From Acidimicrobiia bacterium (GTDB lineage: Bacteria; Actinomycetota; Acidimicrobiia; Spongiisociales; ZC4RG35): a stretch of DNA of 64,000 nt. Below are positions 8,654 through 17,379 of the stretch, piece by piece; the first letter of the stretch is position 1; each line of letters begins with the position of its first letter. The translations under genes were made by a program, and so were the position numbers. The notes below the pieces were generated by a model. The model did not search any database. It was not told the DNA's origin and worked only from the letters and a program-made list of their open reading frames with translations. Location: assembly GCA_050741975.1 (NCBI GenBank), contig JBOGET010000065.1, positions 3,098-67,097 on the forward strand. Direction: 5' to 3'.

Positions 8654-10309
8654 TCAAGCTTCGTCCTGATCGGCCATGGTCGGGATCGAGCCGTCGGACT
8701 GGTGCATCTCCCGGTGGGTGCGCACCAGTTCCTCGAAGTGGGGCGGATCCTCCACGTCGATGGAGATCAGATGTCTGGTGACCGGCCCCTCGGCTCGGTC
8801 GAATGACCTGGCTCGGGCAATGACATCGGCCGAGGCGTCGTCGATGCGTCGGTGCTGGACCAGGTGCTCCTCCCAGGAGCCGACGGCGAACAGTTCGGTG
8901 AGCCGGATCGGGTCGCTGACGTTGCGAAGGAGCCGCCAGCGGTAGGCGCCGGTGCGGAGCCGAACCAGCCGAACCAGGTTCATGACCGCGGTGAACTCCT
9001 CGAAGTCGTCCTGGTCGATCTTCCACGTGTTGAGGACGAGCACCGGCCCACCCTCGGCCGTCTCGTCGTGCAGCGGGGCGGCACGTTCCGCGCTGAACTC
9101 CGGCGACTGGATCTCGTCGAGACTCGGGATATGGAACAGCGGGACCAGGGCACCGAGGACCACCGCCGCCGAGCACAGGATGACGATGGCCGGGCCGGTG
9201 CCGACTCCGTCGGCGAGGACCCCGGACAGGATCGAGCCGATGGGGAGGATGCCGACGAACGAAAAGCTGTACAGCGACATGGCCCTGCCCCTGATCCACT
9301 CCGGTGACATGAGTTGCGCGGTGGCATTGAGGTTGGTCAACGTGAGGACCCAGAAGGCGCCGGAGAGGAACATGAAACCGGCGGCCACGGGAACGGTCGA
9401 AGCGAGCCCGACGCCGATGCCGACGATGCCGAACAGGGCGATGGTCACCATCGGGGCCCGTTTGCCGAAGAGGTCGATGAAACGCTGTCTGACGGCAGCG
9501 CCGACCAGGGCGCCTGCGCCCATGGCCCCGAACAGGATCCCGAGACTTGTGGCGTTGCCGCCGATGGCCAGGTTGTGGCCGGGCAGCACCGATTGCACGA
9601 CCGACGAGGTGATGGCAAACATCGAGACGAGGAGGAGGAGTCTTCGAAACAACGGGGTGAACCGGGCGTAGCGGATGCCGAGCAGGATCGCGGTGCCCAG
9701 CGAGACCGGGTCCCTCTCCCGTTTCCCGAAGGTGCTCCTCACCAGCAGGAGGCCGGCGATGACGAAGCCGTAGGTGAGGGCGTTGATTCCGAACCCGACG
9801 GCGGCTCCGAAGACGGCGTAGACCAATCCGCCCAGAGCGGGCCCGATCGCCCGAGCCACGTTGAAGGCCGCCGATTGAAGCGCCACGGCCGAGGCGATCA
9901 GACCACGGGGCACCATGTCCGGCAGCAACGCCTGCCAGGTAGGGAGGTTCAGGGCGACTCCGGTGCCGAGCAGGAAGCCGAGACCGAGGAGAAGCCCGGG
10001 GGTGATGGCCCCGCTGCCGGTGAGGACGGCCATGGTCAGGGCGGAGCCGCCCATGATCGCCTGAGCGAGGAGCATCAGCTTGGCCCGGTCGAACATGTCG
10101 GCCAGCGCACCGGCGGCCAGACCGAAGAAGAGAAGGGGGAGCGAGGTAGAGGCAACCATCATGCCGACCCAGGTGTTCGACCCGGTCAGTTCGAGCATCA
10201 GCTGGGCCGAGGACAGACTCTGGATGAAGGTCCCGAACGCAGACAGCATCGATGCCGCCCAGAGCGTGCGGAAAGAGCCATAGCGAAGAGGAGCGACCGC
10301 CGAGGTCAT
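8654..10309 (-). CDS. MFS transporter (EntS/MFS_3-like) with a C-terminal soluble domain of about 150 aa
   Basis: 551 aa. The N-terminus is GSFRTLWAASMLSAFGTFIQ with about 12 TM spans. The non-membrane tail is VLVLNTWKIDQDDFEEFTAVMNLV...SWEEHLVQHRR. Confidence 0.9.
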   Translation of the reverse strand: MTSAVAPLRYGSFRTLWAASMLSAFGTFIQSLSSAQLMLELTGSNTWVGMMVASTSLPLLFFGLAAGALADMFDRAKLMLLAQAIMGGSALTMAVLTGSGAITPGLLLGLGFLLGTGVALNLPTWQALLPDMVPRGLIASAVALQSAAFNVARAIGPALGGLVYAVFGAAVGFGINALTYGFVIAGLLLVRSTFGKRERDPVSLGTAILLGIRYARFTPLFRRLLLLVSMFAITSSVVQSVLPGHNLAIGGNATSLGILFGAMGAGALVGAAVRQRFIDLFGKRAPMVTIALFGIVGIGVGLASTVPVAAGFMFLSGAFWVLTLTNLNATAQLMSPEWIRGRAMSLYSFSFVGILPIGSILSGVLADGVGTGPAIVILCSAAVVLGALVPLFHIPSLDEIQSPEFSAERAAPLHDETAEGGPVLVLNTWKIDQDDFEEFTAVMNLVRLVRLRTGAYRWRLLRNVSDPIRLTELFAVGSWEEHLVQHRRIDDASADVIARARSFDRAEGPVTRHLISIDVEDPPHFEELVRTHREMHQSDGSIPTMADQDEA

Positions 10310-10342
10310 CGGGTATCAGCGTAGGCCCGGTAGGTTCGTGTC

Positions 10343-10978
10343 GTGGTGCGCGACCTCGCCTACTTCATCTCGGGCGACAGGGGCCCGGGCCCGGGGGTCC
10401 TGATCCTCCACTCCTTCTGGGGCCTGACCCCGTCGGTCAAGAGTCTTTGCGACGACCTGGCCGACCACGGCTACACCGTTCTCGCCCCCGACATCAACTT
10501 CGGGGAGCTGCCCGCCTCCGAGCAAGAGGCTCTGGACCATCTGGGCAAGGCCGATCCCAACCGTCTCGCCTCGCTGGTGCTCTCTTCGGCCAAGCTGCTC
10601 CACGAGAGGTCGACCCATGGCCCGATCGGGATCGTGGGATTCGGGATGGGGGGCTCGCTCGCCCTCTGGGCATCGGTCCGCCTCGCCACCCTGGTCAGAG
10701 CCGCCGTCTCCTTCTATGGCAGTCAGCAGATCGACTTCGCCGGATCCAGGGCGGCCTATCGGATCCATCTGGCGGAGGAGGACGAATACGTCACAGACGA
10801 CGAGGCCGCCTTCATGGAGGCGACGATGCGGCTCGAGGACCTCGACGTCGAGGTCGAACGGTATCCGGGGACCAGGCACGGGTTCGCCGAGCCTGATGGG
10901 GACACGTTCGACCCCGGTGCTTTCGACAAGGCTTGGGCCCGGACCCTCGAGTTCCTGAGTGACCGTCTAAGGGACTAG
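10343..10978 (+). CDS. dienelactone hydrolase family protein
   Basis: 211 aa with GTG start. Contains GVLILHSFWGLTPSVKSLCDDLADHGYTVLAPD, the nucleophile region VGFGMGGSLA, and a C-terminal YPGTRHGF. Confidence 0.85.
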   Translation: MVRDLAYFISGDRGPGPGVLILHSFWGLTPSVKSLCDDLADHGYTVLAPDINFGELPASEQEALDHLGKADPNRLASLVLSSAKLLHERSTHGPIGIVGFGMGGSLALWASVRLATLVRAAVSFYGSQQIDFAGSRAAYRIHLAEEDEYVTDDEAAFMEATMRLEDLDVEVERYPGTRHGFAEPDGDTFDPGAFDKAWARTLEFLSDRLRD

Positions 10979-11428
10979 AGCGATCTCGTCTCCGGTCTTC
11001 ACCTTGCCTCCGCGGACCACGCGGGCGTAGAGGCGCGCCCAACCAGGATGCCGGCTCTCAGAGATCCTGCCGAACTTGCCGTCGAGAAACCACTGGGCGT
11101 TCTTCTCACATGGTGTGGCATACCAGGTCACCTCGATCTCGACCTCGGGGCCGATCCTGAGGCCGGCGCCCGGGCCCAGGCCGGCCCAATCGAGCCCGCT
11201 CAGGGTCAGGTTCTCGCCCGCCGAGCCAGGGGCGATCGGATGGCCCTCCCGCTGCAGCTCTTCGATGACCTCGAGCGAATAGAGGCAGAGTGCCTGCTCC
11301 GGGCGGCCGTGGTTGACCCGGTCGGCCTGGGTGTCGCCCACCACTCCCGACCCGTCGATCACGGCCTCGTCGACCGGGAGCTTGGGAACGCCGCCGTTGG
11401 AGACGTTGATCTGGTGGACATGGGCCAT
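10967..11428 (-). CDS. MOSC domain-containing protein
   Basis: 153 aa: INVSNGGVPKLPV..DRVNHGRPEQALCLYSLE..APGSAGENLTLSG..TPCEKN. It overlaps the convergent hydrolase gene by 12 nt. Confidence 0.9.
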   Translation of the reverse strand: MAHVHQINVSNGGVPKLPVDEAVIDGSGVVGDTQADRVNHGRPEQALCLYSLEVIEELQREGHPIAPGSAGENLTLSGLDWAGLGPGAGLRIGPEVEIEVTWYATPCEKNAQWFLDGKFGRISESRHPGWARLYARVVRGGKVKTGDEIALVP

Positions 11429-11691
11429 GGGCCGGGGAGGCTAGGCCCGCCGGGTCGGGTGGGGAGGGGAATTCTCCACCCACCGTGATCGCGACGTGGG
11501 TAGTTTCCGAGCACAACCATGCGGAGGTTCTGATGACCACTGAGGTCCTTGACGTCGTATCCGGGTTGCGCTGGCCGGGGTGTGGGTGATCAGGATCGGT
11601 CTGATACGGATCATGGCCGCCTCGAGCCGGCGCGCGGCTGCGACACCCACTGCCACCACGGCATAGGGCGGCACTCGCGCAGGGCGGCTCG

Positions 11692-12540
11692 ATGCAAGCC
11701 GTGCAACGGACCGATCCAGTCGCGTATCACGCCGAGGGCCCGGTGTGGTCGGCGACCTGGGGTGGTCTGCGCTGGGTGGACATGCTGGCCGGCGACATCC
11801 TCTCCCTCGGCGCCGACGGGTCGGTCCACCGGCGTCACGTGGCCGACATCGCCGTAATGGTGCGGCCGCGAGTGCCCGGCGGGGCGGTCATTGGCATCGA
11901 GCGCGGCTTCGCCCTGGAGGCGCCCGACGGCAGCCTCACCCGATTGGGCGAGTTGTGGAGCGGAGACGATGTGCGGATGAACGAGGGAGGATGTGATCCC
12001 GATGGGCGCCTCTATTGCGGTTCGATGGCCTATGACCAACGCCCAGGAGCGGGCTCGTTGTACCGGCTCGACCCGGACGGGACCGTGACCGTGGTCCTCG
12101 ATGGGGTCACCATCTCCAACGGGCTGGAGTGGAGCCCCGACGGCTCCCTTGCCTACTACGTCGACACCCCCACTCGGCAGGTGTCACGCTTCGACTATGA
12201 CACCGAGCGCGGGTTGACGGGGCGTCGGGTCTTCGTGGAGACGGGGGACGGGCCGGGCCGGCCCGACGGTCTCACCGTTGACCGAGAGGGAGGGGTGTGG
12301 GTCGCCCTGTTCGGAGGGAGCGCGGTGAATCGCTATACGCCGGAGGGCGAACTGGACGAGGTGGTCGAGGTGCCGGCCCGGCAGGTCACCGCCTGCACCT
12401 TCGGTGTCCCGGGACTGGATGAGCTGTTCATCACCACCTCGGCCGAGAACCTGGATCCGGGTGACGACCCTCGGGCCGGCTCGCTTTTCAGTGCTCGGGT
12501 CGGAGTGGCCGGTCTCCCGGTACGCCCATTCGGGGGATAA
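11692..12540 (+). CDS. SMP-30/gluconolactonase/LRE family protein
   Basis: 282 aa: AEGPVWS..LRWVDMLAGDI..RMNEGGCDPDGRLYCGSM..GSLYRLDPDG..ISNGLEWSPDG..PDGLTVDREGGVWVA. Confidence 0.9.
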   Translation: MQAVQRTDPVAYHAEGPVWSATWGGLRWVDMLAGDILSLGADGSVHRRHVADIAVMVRPRVPGGAVIGIERGFALEAPDGSLTRLGELWSGDDVRMNEGGCDPDGRLYCGSMAYDQRPGAGSLYRLDPDGTVTVVLDGVTISNGLEWSPDGSLAYYVDTPTRQVSRFDYDTERGLTGRRVFVETGDGPGRPDGLTVDREGGVWVALFGGSAVNRYTPEGELDEVVEVPARQVTACTFGVPGLDELFITTSAENLDPGDDPRAGSLFSARVGVAGLPVRPFGG

Positions 12541-12608
12541 AAGGCTTGCTGGACACGCGGCGACAGCCCCAGCCGACCGGCGTCCGACCGTGCAACCCGC
12601 CAAAACCG

Positions 12609-14405
12609 TTACCTCGACGTGCCTGAGGGTGAGTCTCGGCCAAAGTCGGCCGGCAATGAGGCAGCTTCCGCCCACAGCGAGCGCATCAGCTCGGAACGGG
12701 CCAACAGGTCGGGCAATGAGCCCCGATCCACGACCCGGCCCCGATCCATGAGGAGGATTCGATCCGCCCTGGCCAGGGCGGCCCGGCGATGGGAGACCAC
12801 GATGCAGGTGACGTCGCGCTGGCCCAGCAGACGTCGCCACAACTCGGTCTCGGTGTGGACATCGAGGGCCGAGGAAAGGTCGTCGAAGACGAGCAGCTCG
12901 GCTTCGGTGGCCAGCATCCGGGCCGCCGCCGAACGCTGCACCTGGCCCCCCGATAGCTTCACTCCCCGGGCGCCCACCATGGTGTCCTCGCCCATCTCGA
13001 GACGCTCCAGGTCGGGGTCGAGCACCGCCAGTTGGACCGCCTCGCGGAGTCGCTCCCGGGCCACTCTCTGCCCGAGGGCGATGTTGTCGGCCAGGGATTC
13101 CGAGAAGAGGCGGGGCACCTGGGCGGTGTAGGCCGACCGCGGAGGCACGAAGAACGAGGCCCGGTCCTCGACCCTCTGACCGTTCCAGTAGACCGCACCC
13201 TGGCTCGGGACCAGGCCGAGCAGCGCCCGCACCAATGTGCTCTTCCCCGACCCGATCTTTCCGGTGACCACGGTGAAAGACCCCCGCTCGACGTCGAAGT
13301 CGACGCCGTCGAGACCCTCCCCGCCATCAGGGAACCAATGGCTCAGGCCCCGAACCTCGAGACGACGCAGCGGCTCGATGCCGATGTCGGGCAGCTCGAT
13401 GTCGGGGATCCGGCCCTCCAGGGGGACCCTGGCCCTGTCCAGCAGCTTCTCGTCGGAGGCGTCGACAGCCAGTGCCCGGATCCGCTGGTAGGCAACCCCG
13501 GTACGGCGGTGCTGTGCGATGATGTCGCCCACGAAGGCCATGTAGTCGGTGAGCCGGGGCAGATAGGTGAGGAACAGCGCCAGTTCTCCGATAGTGAAGC
13601 TCCCTTCGCTGATCCCTCCGGAGGCGGCCAGCAACACGATGGCGATGGTGATGGTCGACATGTTCCGGTTGATGCCCCGCAAGATCTCGGTGAGGACGGT
13701 GTCGGAGAGCGCTGCTCTGTGCCTGACCACGTTCAGATGATGGAGACGGTCGAGTATCGGCTCCTCGGCGGCGGCCAGCTTGATCGCCTGCACCCCGGCG
13801 AAGGTCTCGCCGATGAAACCGGTCACCTTGTCGGTGGCCTCCCTCATCGCCCGTCTCCGATTCCGGATCTGCGGGCTCAGGGCCTGGGTGAGCACCATCG
13901 TCAGGCTCAGGGGTATGAGGAGCAGGCCGGTGAGACTGGCGTCGATCGTCGCCATCACCGCCACCGAGCCGACCCCGAACACGACGAGGCCGCCCATGTC
14001 CACCCAGTTCTCCATGTACTCGAGGAGGTCGTCGACGTCGTCGCGGAAGGTGCTCACCGCCTCGCCCGGGGCCAGGGGGATCACTCGCGATCCCGGCGCT
14101 TCCATCAGCCAGCGAAGCAGGTTGCGCCTGAGCTGGAGGGACTGTTCGATCCAGTGGCTGATCCAGACCCGGTCTGCCAGCCAGATGACGACGTTGCGCC
14201 CGATGGCAAGCACCGAGAACACGATGGCCGGGGCCCATGCCGTCTCCGCCACCGTGCTCCCCTGGTCGAGACGCTCGAAGACCAACCCGATCAGGATCCC
14301 GAACAGGAGCGGCGAGCCGTGGACCAGCGTCCACATGAGCATGCAGTAGAAGAACCGTCCCGGCCGATACCGGATGACCTCCCAGACCACTCCCAGGGTG
14401 GTCAA
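12609..14405 (-). CDS. ABC exporter, fused permease and ATPase (heterodimer partner 2, degenerate Walker B)
   Basis: 598 aa. Walker A is GKIGSGKST and the signature is LSGGQVQR. Walker B is LLVFDDLSS, with Asp in place of the catalytic Glu. The start overlaps the upstream partner by 4 nt. Confidence 0.9.
   Translation of the reverse strand: MTTLGVVWEVIRYRPGRFFYCMLMWTLVHGSPLLFGILIGLVFERLDQGSTVAETAWAPAIVFSVLAIGRNVVIWLADRVWISHWIEQSLQLRRNLLRWLMEAPGSRVIPLAPGEAVSTFRDDVDDLLEYMENWVDMGGLVVFGVGSVAVMATIDASLTGLLLIPLSLTMVLTQALSPQIRNRRRAMREATDKVTGFIGETFAGVQAIKLAAAEEPILDRLHHLNVVRHRAALSDTVLTEILRGINRNMSTITIAIVLLAASGGISEGSFTIGELALFLTYLPRLTDYMAFVGDIIAQHRRTGVAYQRIRALAVDASDEKLLDRARVPLEGRIPDIELPDIGIEPLRRLEVRGLSHWFPDGGEGLDGVDFDVERGSFTVVTGKIGSGKSTLVRALLGLVPSQGAVYWNGQRVEDRASFFVPPRSAYTAQVPRLFSESLADNIALGQRVARERLREAVQLAVLDPDLERLEMGEDTMVGARGVKLSGGQVQRSAAARMLATEAELLVFDDLSSALDVHTETELWRRLLGQRDVTCIVVSHRRAALARADRILLMDRGRVVDRGSLPDLLARSELMRSLWAEAASLPADFGRDSPSGTSR
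12633..12657. repeat. 25-nt repeat GTCTCGGCCAAAGTCGGCCGGCAAT, copy 1 (inside the 3' end of the ABC gene)
   Basis: Identical 25-mer at 31866..31890, with additional flanking similarity (GAGGGT upstream, .AGG downstream). Confidence 0.85.
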
Positions 14406-16138
14406 GGCCGGGTGTCCCCGAGGAGATTTCCCCTCCCGGTGGCGAGCAGGCCCGCATAGCGGCTGGTCGGGTCGCCGGCCAGACTCTCCCGGGCTCCATG
14501 CTCCACGATCCGGCCGGCGTCGACGACCATGATCTCGTCGGCAGTCCTCACCGTCTCCAGGCGATGGGCGATTATCACCACGGTGCGCCCGGCGAAGAGC
14601 CGCTCGGTGGCGGTGGCGAGCAGCATCTCCGTCACCGGGTCGAGCCGCGACGACGGCTCGTCCAAGATCACAACGCCGGGATCCTGGAGGAAGACGCGGG
14701 CAAAGGCGAGAAGCTGTTGCTCGCCGGCGGAGAGCCCCTGGCCCCCGGGCCCGAGCTCGGTGTCGAGCCCGACCTCGCTGATCCAGGTGCCGAGCCCCAC
14801 GGCCTCGAGCACGGTGTGTATCTCCTCGTCAGGCCGGTCGGCGAAGAAGGTCAGATTGTCCTTCACCGTCGCCCGGAACAGCTGCACGTCCTGGGTGACC
14901 ACACCGATCGACCGGCGTAGCGATTCGGAGCGGGCCCGGCGTAGGTCGATCCCTCCCACTCTGACCACCCCTCGATCCGGGTCGTAGAGCCGGGCGATGA
15001 GACGGGTGATCGTGGTCTTGCCGCCGCCGGTGCGTCCCAGCAGGCCGAGCGACCTGCCCGGCGCGAGGCTGAAGCTGACGTCTTCGAGCACGCCCCGCTC
15101 CTCGTAGGAGAAGGAGACTCCTTCGAACTCGATGGCGAGTGGTCCCTCGGGGAGGGAGACATCGCCGTCGCCGATCGAGGAGCCGAGACGCCGAAGCTGG
15201 TCGATGCGGACGATCCCGCCGGCTGCCTTCTGCACCTCCTGGAGCTCCTGGGTCATCTGCTCGATCGGTCTCCTCACCAACTGCACGTATTGGAGGATCA
15301 GATAGGCGGTCCCCACGGTGATCGAGCCGCGCACCGTGAGCCAGACCCCGACGATCAGGGCCAGCGCGTCTCCGGCCCAGAATGCGGTGTTGGCCGACAC
15401 CCAGACCAGGATCCTCTTCCGCCAGGCGGTGGTGGTCCGGGTGTAGAAATCGCGCATGACCGGGACGAACCGGGTCATGGTGAATCGTCCCGCCCCCAGC
15501 GAGCGGATGTCGTCGACACCGGCGAGACGCTCCTCGATGAAGCCATAGAGGCGGGCCGAGGTCTCCCTCTCCTCCTCTGCGGCCTCAACCGCGACCTTGC
15601 GCAACCGGATGAGGAGGGCGAGCACCGCCACCACGTAGATGGTGATGGTCACGCCCATCGCCGTCGCCTCGAACCAGCACACGACCACCACCCCGGTGAG
15701 CAGGACACCGGCCGCGATCAGCCGGACCAAGAAACGGGAGATGAACTCGGATAGGGCGGTCACGTCCCCGTCGACCCGCTCGATCATCTCCCCCGGCGTG
15801 GTCTCGTTGTGAAAGCCCATGTCGAGCGAGAAGAGATGCGAGGTCAGCTCCTCACGGAGACGGTTGGTGGCACTCCAGCCGACGTCCGCACCCAGATAGG
15901 AGGCGAAGGCGTCAAGGAGCTGGTTGAGGATTCCCGCGACGAGATAGGCGATGCCCGCCGTGGTAAGGCCGGCCACGGCCGAGCCGGCGTCGGCGGAGTC
16001 GATGAAGCTGCGCAGGATGAGAGGGATCACAAGTTGCAGCCCGATCGAACCCAGCAGGAGCAGGACGAGCACCACCACCCGGCCCCGATGGGGTGCGAGA
16101 TAGGTGGTCAGTGTGGCGCGGTAGGAGGGAGCAGTCAT
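14402..16138 (-). CDS. ABC exporter, fused permease and ATPase (heterodimer partner 1, consensus site)
   Basis: 578 aa. Walker A is GRTGGGKTT, the signature is LSAGEQQ and Walker B is VILDEPSS. Confidence 0.9.
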   Translation of the reverse strand: MTAPSYRATLTTYLAPHRGRVVVLVLLLLGSIGLQLVIPLILRSFIDSADAGSAVAGLTTAGIAYLVAGILNQLLDAFASYLGADVGWSATNRLREELTSHLFSLDMGFHNETTPGEMIERVDGDVTALSEFISRFLVRLIAAGVLLTGVVVVCWFEATAMGVTITIYVVAVLALLIRLRKVAVEAAEEERETSARLYGFIEERLAGVDDIRSLGAGRFTMTRFVPVMRDFYTRTTTAWRKRILVWVSANTAFWAGDALALIVGVWLTVRGSITVGTAYLILQYVQLVRRPIEQMTQELQEVQKAAGGIVRIDQLRRLGSSIGDGDVSLPEGPLAIEFEGVSFSYEERGVLEDVSFSLAPGRSLGLLGRTGGGKTTITRLIARLYDPDRGVVRVGGIDLRRARSESLRRSIGVVTQDVQLFRATVKDNLTFFADRPDEEIHTVLEAVGLGTWISEVGLDTELGPGGQGLSAGEQQLLAFARVFLQDPGVVILDEPSSRLDPVTEMLLATATERLFAGRTVVIIAHRLETVRTADEIMVVDAGRIVEHGARESLAGDPTSRYAGLLATGRGNLLGDTRP

Positions 16139-16253
16139 GGCCGGGGGTCAGACGGTATCGGGGCCGGCGGTGGAACCGGACCGATTTAGCCGGGGGCGTC
16201 GGCTCGGGCCGAGAGCGGTGCGACGTCACCCCCCGGTGGCGGACTCGATTCGC

Positions 16254-16718
16254 TCAGGGCCGCTGTTTGACCCCGGCCTCGAGGAGCTCGATCGTCTCCG
16301 CGATGCGCTGGGCCCGAAGCTCGGGTCGACGTTTGGTGGAATCGATCCATCGCAGGTAGGCATTCCGGTAGAACTGGGCGAGGGAGTCGAAGAAGGCGCC
16401 TGCCTCGGGCTCGGCCTCGAGGGCGGCAGCGAAGTCGGGAGGGAGGTCTTCCCGCTGCGGCCCCTCGGGAGCGAGGACCACCTCGACCTCGTCGCCGGGC
16501 CCTATCCCGCAGTCCCGGCGCCAGGCCGGTCCGAGCACGATGCCGCCTCCGTCGCCCAGCGGCTCGATCACAGCCCGCACCCCTATCCCGTTGACGGTCC
16601 CGTGCACTCGGTGCTCCAGCTTGGAGCCCCACACGTCGTCGGGATCGAAGGGCACCGGCACCAGCACCCGACGTCTGGAATCGGCAGTCACCACCGTCTT
16701 GTAGCGCTTCGCCTTCAT
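16254..16718 (-). CDS. DUF1905 / YdeI-like domain protein
   Basis: 154 aa: RRVLVPVPFDPDDVWG...VNGIGVR...FFDSLAQFYRNAYLRWIDSTKRPELRAQRIAETIELL. Confidence 0.8.
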   Translation of the reverse strand: MKAKRYKTVVTADSRRRVLVPVPFDPDDVWGSKLEHRVHGTVNGIGVRAVIEPLGDGGGIVLGPAWRRDCGIGPGDEVEVVLAPEGPQREDLPPDFAAALEAEPEAGAFFDSLAQFYRNAYLRWIDSTKRRPELRAQRIAETIELLEAGVKQRP

Positions 16719-17365
16719 CGATTGCCATCGATCATGGCGGTCGGATGGAGAACCGGGGTGTAGCCATGGGCCAGGGCGGCTACCGAGGTCGGCGGCGTGA
16801 GCACCTCGAACTCACCGCCCCGGGGACGAGGCACCCGCCTGCCCCACCCGGCGAAGGAGAAATCGAGGAGCCGGTCGTCGAGAACCAAGCTCGGCCGGCG
16901 GTCCTGATCGACGATCACGGATCCGGCGGGCAGACGATCGATCTTCGCCGTCCACAGCATGCGGTCGGCTCCGCGGTCCAGCCCCCGGCCCCGCCGGAGC
17001 CGCTCCGTGGCCAGCCGTCGGTTCAGGTCCTGGGCGCCGAGGGGCATGTCGAGCCCCTCGGCCCTGGTCACCGCATCCCGGTAGCTGAGGTACGCCCAAC
17101 GTCGGCACAGGCCACAGGGCCGGTGCCCGGCGGCCAGGGCCACCGCGTCGTCGAGGAAGAAGATCGGCGTCCACTGGCCGGGTCGGTCCAGTGGGAATCT
17201 CCAATCCCGGAACCGGGTGAGGCAGGTGATCCAGAGTTGGCTCCGATGATGTCGGACCACCTCACCGCGGTCGTCGACCAGACACCCCCGATTGCCGGTG
17301 AACAGGCCCCTGTCGCCCACGGCATGGAGGTCGCCCCAGGGATCGACCCGGTTGCGATGTGGCAT
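16715..17365 (-). CDS. conserved hypothetical protein with an ALAAGHRPCGLC motif
   Basis: ORF 16715..17701 trimmed to ATG 17365 (MPHRNRVDPWGDLH). It has a 4-nt overlap with the downstream gene. No family name recognised. Confidence 0.6.
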   Translation of the reverse strand: MPHRNRVDPWGDLHAVGDRGLFTGNRGCLVDDRGEVVRHHRSQLWITCLTRFRDWRFPLDRPGQWTPIFFLDDAVALAAGHRPCGLCRRWAYLSYRDAVTRAEGLDMPLGAQDLNRRLATERLRRGRGLDRGADRMLWTAKIDRLPAGSVIVDQDRRPSLVLDDRLLDFSFAGWGRRVPRPRGGEFEVLTPPTSVAALAHGYTPVLHPTAMIDGNR

Positions 17366-17379
17366 GGATCGCCTCTCGG

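Noticed and set aside
13032-14499. 475-aa plus-strand ORF and 390-aa alternate-frame minus-strand ORF inside the ABC exporter gene
   Set aside because: The exporter frame carries Walker A and B and the signature motifs. The alternatives are low-complexity Arg/Gly/Pro/Asp strings.
16139-16253. Possible third copy of the P2 repeat module (AGCCGGGGGCG and CACCCCCCGGTGG strings)
   Set aside because: Only short G/C runs are shared. The order and spacing differ and the similarity is not above what GC-rich intergenic DNA gives by chance.
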